Shown here: positions 48,001-56,008 of the stretch, one piece after another
Position numbering within the stretch: position 1 is the first letter of the stretch
Layout: every line of letters starts with the position of its first letter
Origin: Marsupella aquatica
Taxonomy: Eukaryota; Plantae; Marchantiophyta
Reading direction: 5' to 3'
DNA: 64,000 nucleotides
NCBI GenBank assembly: GCA_973895155.1
Contig: OZ316893.1
Location: forward strand, 17,614,770 to 17,678,769
Made by a program: the position numbers and the translations under genes
Notes under the pieces: model-generated
What the model was told of the DNA's origin: nothing
The model's input: only the letters and a program-made list of their open reading frames with translations
The model's database searches: none

Positions 48001-49772
48001 AAGGGAGAAGGACGAGATGCTCGAACAGACTTACGCCAAGATGAACCAGATGGAGTCTGTCATCATTGCAGAGCTCGACAAGGAGCTAAGAGCAACCCAG
48101 GAGGAGAAGGCTACCTTGAAGAAGGAATTGGAGGAAGCCCACAGGGAGCAGGAGGAGGCCAAAAACGAGCTGGAGGGGGCACGTAAGGACCTGGATGAAA
48201 CCCAAGAGGAGTTGGAGGAAATCACGAGGAAGATGGAGAACCTACAGCGGCGGGCCGACAACCAAACAGAGCGGCTGAAGAAACAAGCCGCAGTATTTAA
48301 ATGCTTAGCTGCAGCAGGTCCATCTCCTGTTGGGACAAACCAGTTACCAGGGGTGGTAATTGCCGAAGGACAAGCCGCGCCACCTGCACCAGTGCCGGAG
48401 GTAAGTGGGAAGGGGAAGGGACCAGCTGCCGAGCCACCAACGAAGAAGAAGCGGAAACCTTCAGGGTCAAGGAGTAATACGACTTCACAGGCCGTGGTGA
48501 TCAAGGAGGTAGACCCAGCACCGACCCCAGACAGGGTCACGGCTAAGGATCCAACTACCCTAGGGGAAGGGGAAGCCGAAGCCGTGGGAGTGGCTGAAGC
48601 CAAAGCCGTGGGAGTGGCTGAAGCCGAAGCCGTGGGAGTGGCTGAAGCCGAAGCCGTGGGGGTGGCTGAAGCCGAAGCCGTGGGTATTGCCGAGGCCGGT
48701 GTCGAGGCTGAAGCCGAAGGTGGACCCAGTCAGGCCGATGGAGAGTTGACTCGGTCAATGGCAGGTAATCTGTCAGTAGGCGGGCCAACGGCAGTGGCTG
48801 AGGAGGAAGTGTTGGGGGCGTCCATTGAGGATCCACCACCGGTGTCGTGACGGTGCAAGGGCGCCGTTCCTTTTAGGGAGGGCGGACGTGGAGGGAGGAG
48901 GCGTGAGTGGGCAGGGCGGGCACGGATCTCCACGTTTAGGATTAGGATCAGAACCAGGAGCGGCCCTGACACTTAGCTTAGTGGGATTGCGGTCCCACTG
49001 GTAGGAGCAACACTTGTGCTCCTGCCTTGCTGTACATAGGTAGATTCGGGCAAGTAGATTACTGTTAAGTAGATTAGGCTTACGATGCAAAGAATGGCGG
49101 ATCCACTACCAGGATAAGTACCTGGGCAGCGGGGAGCTCAGGGCCTCTTCTTTAGCAAGTTTTTAGTTTGCACCAGCCGGGCTGGGATCAAGTAGTACGA
49201 GAAGCTCTCGGTTAGTCATACAGTGACCCTTGTGTATATTCATGTTTCCTCATGCCTAAGAGCTGAATAGAGTTGGCCTCACGGCTTAGTTCGCAGAACT
49301 TGTGTATGAGATGTACTGTTTGTATGGCAAGTGCATGGTATGACTCAATCAGAATGAGTCATTTTGCTATTTGTGTGTCGCATTAACTTGTGTGAAGAGT
49401 GCCCACATCTACCAGAAGGAAGGAAAGTAAGCAGGGGAGTGAGAGTTGGATGTGTCGAGCTGAGAGAGGTCTTAGCGGCTTAACCAAGCCTATTGGGGAT
49501 CATTCCGGGGGCGGAATCCAAACATACCTAACAAGACGGAGGGGAAGACAGGGGAAGACAGGGGAAGGCCTATATTAGGCCGGCTACGTATCTCATGACC
49601 CGATGAAGGATCTGTCCAGTATATGTGTGTAAAATGTTAATAGTAGTAGTAGAAGGTTAGCAGCGTCCCATGCCGCTAAGCCGCGGAAACGGCCTCGCCA
49701 AGCACGAAACCTGCGGGAATCGGCTTGAGCTGGGGGGTTTCTTGGGTTTAGGGAGCCATGGGACGCACCACA
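45064..49772 (+). repeat. 5' LTR of element D (4709 bp)
   Basis: TGTGATGCC...GCACCACA, followed by TTTT and the PBS. Confidence 0.95.
45140..48850 (+). CDS. Intact 1236-aa LTR-encoded accessory protein: plant-transposon/PMD-like domain, long coiled coil, AEAEAVGV repeats
   Basis: Uninterrupted 3.7 kb ORF wholly inside the LTR. LLEFVGSWEPETNCTRIYGKDFYLTPKVIAEVFGLPMG; ~250-aa heptad region; homologous to the element C LTR ORF. First ATG at 45179. Confidence 0.85.
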   Translation: MTKQGKYKQLGATMEPGQRPEVRLRVKTRLGLGRVKRRRLGRINGKKDRQRRGVRSACRRWWLICEHELGRRLREANYCQLLRQALGERVDTDDQPKEGMSNVNQAAHFWGCLFERATEYIKTYEDEESERAARERQELARLWELQKTAFLGGELIKDEFLWTPTSNQLDDLLFCKDSIVGIREAIKNCNDIHWELKGSTERWTRATVLGETSTAAEMKRKGAVNDEATPAKRTRSAAPKKPAEQQSRRQGEAEEEEVDPIKAIPTRDDTWKGWAATLPVEVQLHFAREEDACFTAMQTKKYQGFMAGSGLEAFVRLPWLKPEVPESDLLEFVGSWEPETNCTRIYGKDFYLTPKVIAEVFGLPMGNKTKVDTRKTLPDKEFRSFPGPSTKNGFFRNTCTNPHIGEMIDFLWVTMHCNLPRAEIGKAQVYLAERPDPSRDYNGYLLNQLKKILKEEQQVIGMGSVSRLGYHMPLLCRYARGQTFAPVLPLQVRAPEEAPTPRPLAEKPQPPVSPTIEQVFRPRKEDLPMQQPGMQSLLKLLEKEKRSASAKTTATATMQDTTTEVGLHRLTRENPFVGDKERIRPESKPGVRMYVGTSSSESEAELPEAPTNEEEREKSDVQEVEEAVEDCSHDNSGYGSDHHVPGVRTCGRFVPTLPRVVRGDPNQQSSPESPPPDVAPPSFDGIKQTVQEFQERIKQEEEAALAKEKDLPGGDWPEDIRRLAEKGSKPLATIEEIRRTAWEQRPRWAMPITSTYSTYAKNRAMEYGEMCGELALGIFGEELEVGPFFHREQLEKHQLEEAVALERSKKDEVIRRLRRMEAEIEDLRAAKKAQDELRIKRHELNIMQGQLDAAQADNQNIKDKLTQTQEELADTIKEREKWKQELKNTEEAHITANSRAMAETQRKEWALKGELEKIRGALEQKEVELGKSYQGIMALQQELASLTASFKADLREKDEMLEQTYAKMNQMESVIIAELDKELRATQEEKATLKKELEEAHREQEEAKNELEGARKDLDETQEELEEITRKMENLQRRADNQTERLKKQAAVFKCLAAAGPSPVGTNQLPGVVIAEGQAAPPAPVPEVSGKGKGPAAEPPTKKKRKPSGSRSNTTSQAVVIKEVDPAPTPDRVTAKDPTTLGEGEAEAVGVAEAKAVGVAEAEAVGVAEAEAVGVAEAEAVGIAEAGVEAEAEGGPSQADGELTRSMAGNLSVGGPTAVAEEEVLGASIEDPPPVS

Positions 49773-49841
49773 TTTTTGGCGCTAGATGGAGGGGGCATTT
49801 CTTAAGCCGTGAGATATGAAGTTAGAACGGAAGCGTAGGTA

Positions 49842-52835
49842 ATGACTGACCTTACGCCGAGGGAAGAAAGAGTGATTCAACGGGAGAGAGCTCGACTGCA
49901 GCAGCTCGCCGGGTGGCATGATACACAGCGACTGAGAGGGGCAGAAAGAGTTGGTAGCTCCGAAACTGGAAGTGGCGTCGAAGAAGACATACCAGAAGAA
50001 GAGTCGGTAAGGAGAAGTGAGTCTCCAACCGACATGGGGGAACCAGAGGCACGGCCAGACGAGAGGCCAGGGACCAGATTGAGCCAGCGGTCGCGCATAC
50101 ATTACAAGGCATTTCATGGGAGAGGAGATGAGGATCCGGACGAATGGTTGGATGATTTTGAGGGAACCGCTGCAGCAAATGGAGAATCGGCCATCAAGAT
50201 GCAGATTCTTCCCGGCCTGTTCAAGGGTGAGGCTAGGCCTTGGTACAGAGCATTAGATGTGGAAGATCAAGCCATCTGGGATATCTTCAAAACACTCTTT
50301 GTTAAGGAGTTTCGACCCATTGGAACTTCAGAACTAGCAGTGCTGAAGTTGGGACAACTTCGGTTCAAGGAGAACAAATCCTTCAGGAAGTTCTTGCAAC
50401 GCTTTCAGAAACTGGTAAGACGTACAAAGACCAATGCATCTGAAGGTATGCAACTTCAATGGTTGGTGAATGCTTTGCCACAGAAGATGAGTTTTGCAAT
50501 TAGGAAGGAGAACCCGGAGACTTTAGCCGAAGCAATTAAGGATATTCAATTATACATTAATGCAGATATCACAAGCCGGAAGAAACAGCTTAAGTCTGAG
50601 AGTTCCTCATCAGAGGAGGGATCACCCCATAAGAAAAAAGATAAGAAGAAGAAACATTCCAAGAAGTCTAGAAGTGATAAGTCAAGCTCGGATAGTGGAA
50701 GTAGCAAGAGTGAGTCATCTTCTAGTTCTGAAGAAGAAAAAACTAGGAAAAGGAAGGGCAGAAGGAGAGGGAAGACGAAAGTCAAGATGGAGGCTAAGCC
50801 ACCAGATAACATCGTAGCCCTTACCGAGCAACTTAAGGCTATCATTGTAGAGGTAAAACCAAAGAAGAAGGTAGTACAGGAGGATAGCTCTGTATGGTGT
50901 GCCTTATGTTATAAAACCGGACACCATAAAGATGCTTGTCCTAAGCTTAATACTAATCATGTTCGGCATGTGGCCGAGATCAGACCATGTCAGGGAGAAG
51001 TAGAGTACTTTTTGGGAGATGCCGCTGATAGTGTTTTCGGCATCAGTGAGACTGGAGCACGAGACCTATCCAACAGACCTGCATCTCTGTGGTCAGGGTT
51101 AAGGAACAATCCAGGAGAGATGTATCCTCGGATTATTCAGAACCCGTCAGTACCTCCTAGGCCGAATGTGCAAAGATTTGCGGCGTGCTATAATTGTGGT
51201 CAACCTGGCCATTTTGCTAGAGAATGCCCGAATGCACGCAAACAGGGTGATGGACAACCAGCTCAGCTATGTATGGGATGCCGACAGGAAGGTCATATGC
51301 TAGGGCAATGTCCTACTTGGTTGGCAGGCCTAGCCGCAAATCATAAGCTTTTGCCGATCAAGATCTTACCGCCAGGTACTACCCCCGGAGGAGTTCAAAT
51401 CAACCACATCGAACTAGGATGGCAAGAGGATGCCGAGGCAGAGTTCGTACCATCTGATGATGAGGCCGAAGCCCTATCAACCTTCTCAGAGGAGGATTTA
51501 GATCATGATTGCTACCGGGTCTCTACTCGATCTACCAGAAGGAAGGAAAGGTGGGATGGGCTAGCCAAAAATAAAGGGAAGGTTACGGAGGAAAGGATCG
51601 ACTCTTCGTCAACATCAACAGAAGGAGAAGGGAGGGCTCCGGCAATACAGGTAAGCCATGAGCCCACCAGTGAAACCAATCCTTCACAAGATAGCGACTT
51701 CAATCGAGATCATCCTAAGTTGTTCTACCCCTCTGTTACGGCTAGTGTTAAGGAACAACTAAGAGAATTAGAAACCCTGGAGAATACCGAAGCCATTGCC
51801 AAGGATGTAAAACGAGCAAAAGCATTGTTTGCTTCGGAAGACCCAACAGCTGTGGAGACTAGCGTGGCAAAACTGGCCGAATCCAAGACGGAAACACCAC
51901 CAGAAGAGAAGCCGATTGTTCCCTATGACCTGGCTAAAGATGTACTAGAATCTAGAGTCTCGGCAACAGTAGGTCAACTATTGAAAAATAGCCCGTACTT
52001 CCGGAAGCAATTAAGGAAGGCTATTCTCGGCAAGCCGAGATTACCCAAGGTAGCAACCAGAGCCGACGTACTAATGATAGAAGAAGATCAAGGAGCCCCA
52101 GCATTACCATTAATGATTCAAGGAGAATTATTACTCCGGGTACCCATCGATGGAGGATCAGGGGTATGTATTATGATTGATTCAACAGCAAAAGGGTGGG
52201 GTCTAACACCGGAGATGACTGGAAGAGTGTTGAACATGGCCAATGGATATCAGGTCATTCCGACGGGAGTGTTAACCGGCATCAAGATAGAGATAGGAGG
52301 TATCTTCTTTAGCATTAACTATGTAGTAATGAAGCCGGTAAATCCTACGTCATTCCGGCTATTGATTGGTAGGCCATGGCTGTACCTAGCCGAGGTAATA
52401 GAAGATTGGGGTAAAAAGCAGTTCACTTTCGGGACCCCCTCTATCACGGTATCCTGGGACACTAAGGATGACCGTAGGAAAAGCATAAGGGAAGTAGATG
52501 GGTACGATAGTGGACTGGAGTCAGCCGATGAAGTACGTTGGTTAGAATGCTTCACTAACCTAACCGAAGAAGGTGTCTTTGGACCAGAGGTACCCCCCAG
52601 CGGATTATGGCAAGAACCAATGGAAGGTGACTTGGAAGAAGAAGACGAAGAGGTCGAGGACTGCTTTACAATAGAATCCACCTTTTTAGCTGCAATTCCG
52701 GAGGAAGTTAAGGATGTAGACCAATTGGATGAAACGGCTAAGTGGGGAGCAGTAGCAGGGACAGTGGATTTTCTGCAGGCGTTGTGGCAGAGCCGACGGG
52801 GTCCACAACGCCATCGATCATCGGCAAGGAATTAA
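49842..52835 (+). CDS. gag: Gag and aspartic protease of element D
   Basis: DEDPDEWLDDFE capsid-like start, CCHC knuckles (CYNCGQPGHFAREC), VPIDGGSG protease motif, LIGRPWL. Confidence 0.92.
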   Translation: MTDLTPREERVIQRERARLQQLAGWHDTQRLRGAERVGSSETGSGVEEDIPEEESVRRSESPTDMGEPEARPDERPGTRLSQRSRIHYKAFHGRGDEDPDEWLDDFEGTAAANGESAIKMQILPGLFKGEARPWYRALDVEDQAIWDIFKTLFVKEFRPIGTSELAVLKLGQLRFKENKSFRKFLQRFQKLVRRTKTNASEGMQLQWLVNALPQKMSFAIRKENPETLAEAIKDIQLYINADITSRKKQLKSESSSSEEGSPHKKKDKKKKHSKKSRSDKSSSDSGSSKSESSSSSEEEKTRKRKGRRRGKTKVKMEAKPPDNIVALTEQLKAIIVEVKPKKKVVQEDSSVWCALCYKTGHHKDACPKLNTNHVRHVAEIRPCQGEVEYFLGDAADSVFGISETGARDLSNRPASLWSGLRNNPGEMYPRIIQNPSVPPRPNVQRFAACYNCGQPGHFARECPNARKQGDGQPAQLCMGCRQEGHMLGQCPTWLAGLAANHKLLPIKILPPGTTPGGVQINHIELGWQEDAEAEFVPSDDEAEALSTFSEEDLDHDCYRVSTRSTRRKERWDGLAKNKGKVTEERIDSSSTSTEGEGRAPAIQVSHEPTSETNPSQDSDFNRDHPKLFYPSVTASVKEQLRELETLENTEAIAKDVKRAKALFASEDPTAVETSVAKLAESKTETPPEEKPIVPYDLAKDVLESRVSATVGQLLKNSPYFRKQLRKAILGKPRLPKVATRADVLMIEEDQGAPALPLMIQGELLLRVPIDGGSGVCIMIDSTAKGWGLTPEMTGRVLNMANGYQVIPTGVLTGIKIEIGGIFFSINYVVMKPVNPTSFRLLIGRPWLYLAEVIEDWGKKQFTFGTPSITVSWDTKDDRRKSIREVDGYDSGLESADEVRWLECFTNLTEEGVFGPEVPPSGLWQEPMEGDLEEEDEEVEDCFTIESTFLAAIPEEVKDVDQLDETAKWGAVAGTVDFLQALWQSRRGPQRHRSSARN

Positions 52836-55800
52836 AAACCAAGGGATCGGCATACAAGCCGATTACGAGGGCAGAACAAATTGAGGCCCTATTAGAAGCC
52901 GAGAGAGCACAGCGGCCTAACTCTCAGGAGCAAGAGGTGGATGAGATGGACAGACACGATCCAGAGCCAAGGCAGGAAGGGGAGCCGGCCACTAATTCAA
53001 AACTGAATAGACCGGTAAGGGGACAATCTATGGACACCAAGGAAGGGACCGACTCGGCTAGTCCAGCCGAGATCCCAGTTTATGGAGGTATGAGATTAGA
53101 GAGACTGGAAGCCGAACTGGACCCGAATTTGAAGAAGCAGATTAATATGATCCAAGCACGGCAATATCGGAAGCTCGACTTAGGAGAGGGAAGAGAACTG
53201 AACTTAGGGAGAAACCTAGCACCTGAGCTCGAGAAAGAGATCAGTGACTTATTGATTGAATTTCAGGATGTGTTTGCATGGAGTCACCAAGATCTAAAGG
53301 GAGTAGATCCAACACTAGGGGAACATCGAATTGATCTCATGTTAGGAGCCAAATCATTTCGACAACCAATTCGAAGGATGAACCCGAAGTATTCCCTGCT
53401 GGTCAAAACAGAAATCGACAAACTAGTGGAAGCTGGATTCATCACTCCAGTCCTGCATTCAGACTGGGTGTCTCCAATTGTGATAGTTCCCAAGAAAGCT
53501 GGACCCGATGGTAAACCCAAGATCCGGGTTTGTCAGGATTACAGGAAGCTGAATGAAGCAACATTAAAAGACCATTTTCCTTTACCGTTTACTGATATGG
53601 TACTAGACATGGTAGCCAGTCATGAACTATATTCATTCATGGATGGATACTCTGGTTATAACCAAATCAGGATTCGGCAGGAAGACCAAATCAAGACGGC
53701 CTTCATCACGGAATGGGGGATCTATGTCTTCAATCGTATGCCGTTTGGACTCTGCAATGCACCAGCTATGTTCCAACGATTAATGGTGAACATTTTTCAT
53801 GATTACTTGAGAAAGTTCATGGAAATCTTCATTGATGACTTTGCAGTATTCGGGAAGGCATCAAAACATGCTAAATACCTCAGGAAAACCTTCATGAGAT
53901 GTAGGGAGGTGGGTCTCAAGTTACACCTAGATAAATGTTTTTTTGCAGTAACCGAGGGGGTGCTACTAGGTCACAAGGTATCAAGGAAGGGCATTGAGAT
54001 TGACAAAGGTAAGCTAGCAGTATGGCTAGATATCATGCAACCTAAGAACATAAAGGATGTAAGATCCTTCTTGGGATGCATTGGTTACTATCGCCGGTTC
54101 ATCAAGGATTTTGCCAAGCTAGCTTTACCATTAACCAATATGCTCAAGGCAGGAGCAGACTTCGAACCCACACCCGAACGAGTCACAGCGGTAGTAGAAT
54201 TGAAGCAGATGTTAGTAGAGGCCCCAGTCATGATAGCACCGGACTGGAACAAAGATTTTCATGTTTTTGTAGATGTCTCGGGCTTCTGTATTGGCTCAGT
54301 ACTAAGTCAGTTGGATGAGAAAGGAAGGGACCATCCCATATACTTCGCAAGCCGTCAGCTTGCCGATGCCGAACGGAACTACTCTACCACGGAAAGAGAA
54401 GCATTAGGAGTCATTTATTCTTGTAAAAAGTTTAGGCATTATTTACTAGGGTACAAGGTAATCTTTCATACGGATCATGAAAGTTTGAAGTACCTAGTCA
54501 ATAAGCCGGACCTTACAGGCAGAGTAGCACGATGGATTTTGCTATTACAGGAGTTTGACTATGAGCTGAGGATCAAGCCGGGAAAGTTACATGCCAATGC
54601 CGACTTCTTTTCAAGGATCACAGGTAAACCTGCCACGGATTGCATCGATGATCAATTCCCCGACGAGGAGCTATTCGTTGTGGAAATAGCTGGTACATGG
54701 TACCCTGAGATTTTACAATTTCTCAGCACTTCCAGATTACAGCCAGGATTAAGCCGAGAGCAAGCCGCAGTCTTTGTGCGGAAGGTCAGACAATATCAGT
54801 GCATTAAAGGCATACTGCACAAGCATGGAATCAACGGCACGATTCAAAGGTGTTTGGAGAAGAGAGAGGTAAAACGAGTCCTACGGGCCATGCATGGAGA
54901 GGAGGCCGGAGGACATTTTGCCCCAGTAACCACGTCTAAGAAGATATTAAATGCCGGTTACTGGTGGCCCACCTTGCACAAGGATGTCTATCAGTTTATC
55001 AAACAATGCGATCCTTGTCAACGAGCGGGAGGACCAAGGGCGTCCACCAGGCATCCACTGCACCCTATTCTACCTCTGGCACCATTCGAGAAGTGGGGTA
55101 TTGATTACATTGGACCTCTGAAACCACTGACCCACCCTCGACGGAACAAGTACATAATCCTGGCTACGGATTATGCAACTAAATGGGTAGAGGCCAGACC
55201 AACAACGAAGGATGATGCAATTACTACGGCTAGATTCATGTATGAGCAGATCTTCACCAGGTATGGAGCACCCCTAGAATTAGTTAGTGATAGAGGAACC
55301 CATTTTTTGAATGATATAATTAGTCGTTTAAATGAGCAGTATTTAGTTAAACATAGGCCTACTACTCCCTACCATCCAAAGGCAAACGGGTTGACAGAAC
55401 GAGCAAACGGAATCATAGGAAAGATATTGAACAAAACAGTAGCTCAGAACAAACTCGATTGGGATGATAAATTGTTTGCTGCTGTTTTTGCTTACAATCT
55501 TGCCTATAAATCCACTACTGGTCATACACCCTTCTTCTTAACCTTTGGACAAGAAGCCCTGGTACCCATGCAACTTGAGATACCGACATTTCAAGTTACA
55601 ATTGAGGAAAGAGCCTCAGCGGAGGAGAGCCTAAAGGAGCGAGAATATAGGTTAGAAGCTTTAGAGGAAGCGAGAATGATTTCAGCCGAGAGAGTAGAAT
55701 ATAGACAGAATATCATGAAGCAGCAGTATGATAAAAGGTTAAAAGTAGTTAGTATTCATACCGGTGATCTTGTGTTACTTTATGACAGTAGGTATAGTAG

Positions 55801-56008
55801 GTTTCCAGGGAAGCTTTACACTCGCTGGTTAGGACCCTTTAGAGTAACCATGATGTTCCCCAATGGCTCCGTACAATTGGCCAACATTACGGGAGAGGTA
55901 TATCCAGTTCGCATCCATTATGACCGCCTCAAGAAATACTATATGGACGAAGATGAAGTTGTTCGCGAGGACGCTTCACAATTAAGTGGGGAGCTATGTG
56001 ATGCCTAG
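52742..56008 (+). CDS. pol: Pol (RT-RNase H-integrase) of element D, in the -1 frame relative to gag-PR; stop codon lies inside the 3' LTR
   Basis: KIRVCQDYRKLN, MPFGLCNAP, FIDDF, VDVSG, GGHFAP..CDPCQR, WGIDYIGP, SDRGTHF, WLGPF. Confidence 0.94.
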   Translation: MGSSSRDSGFSAGVVAEPTGSTTPSIIGKELKTKGSAYKPITRAEQIEALLEAERAQRPNSQEQEVDEMDRHDPEPRQEGEPATNSKLNRPVRGQSMDTKEGTDSASPAEIPVYGGMRLERLEAELDPNLKKQINMIQARQYRKLDLGEGRELNLGRNLAPELEKEISDLLIEFQDVFAWSHQDLKGVDPTLGEHRIDLMLGAKSFRQPIRRMNPKYSLLVKTEIDKLVEAGFITPVLHSDWVSPIVIVPKKAGPDGKPKIRVCQDYRKLNEATLKDHFPLPFTDMVLDMVASHELYSFMDGYSGYNQIRIRQEDQIKTAFITEWGIYVFNRMPFGLCNAPAMFQRLMVNIFHDYLRKFMEIFIDDFAVFGKASKHAKYLRKTFMRCREVGLKLHLDKCFFAVTEGVLLGHKVSRKGIEIDKGKLAVWLDIMQPKNIKDVRSFLGCIGYYRRFIKDFAKLALPLTNMLKAGADFEPTPERVTAVVELKQMLVEAPVMIAPDWNKDFHVFVDVSGFCIGSVLSQLDEKGRDHPIYFASRQLADAERNYSTTEREALGVIYSCKKFRHYLLGYKVIFHTDHESLKYLVNKPDLTGRVARWILLLQEFDYELRIKPGKLHANADFFSRITGKPATDCIDDQFPDEELFVVEIAGTWYPEILQFLSTSRLQPGLSREQAAVFVRKVRQYQCIKGILHKHGINGTIQRCLEKREVKRVLRAMHGEEAGGHFAPVTTSKKILNAGYWWPTLHKDVYQFIKQCDPCQRAGGPRASTRHPLHPILPLAPFEKWGIDYIGPLKPLTHPRRNKYIILATDYATKWVEARPTTKDDAITTARFMYEQIFTRYGAPLELVSDRGTHFLNDIISRLNEQYLVKHRPTTPYHPKANGLTERANGIIGKILNKTVAQNKLDWDDKLFAAVFAYNLAYKSTTGHTPFFLTFGQEALVPMQLEIPTFQVTIEERASAEESLKEREYRLEALEEARMISAERVEYRQNIMKQQYDKRLKVVSIHTGDLVLLYDSRYSRFPGKLYTRWLGPFRVTMMFPNGSVQLANITGEVYPVRIHYDRLKKYYMDEDEVVREDASQLSGELCDA

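Noticed and set aside
45140-48850. env-like gene
   Set aside because: No signal peptide or hydrophobic transmembrane stretch is evident; the protein is highly charged and coiled-coil.
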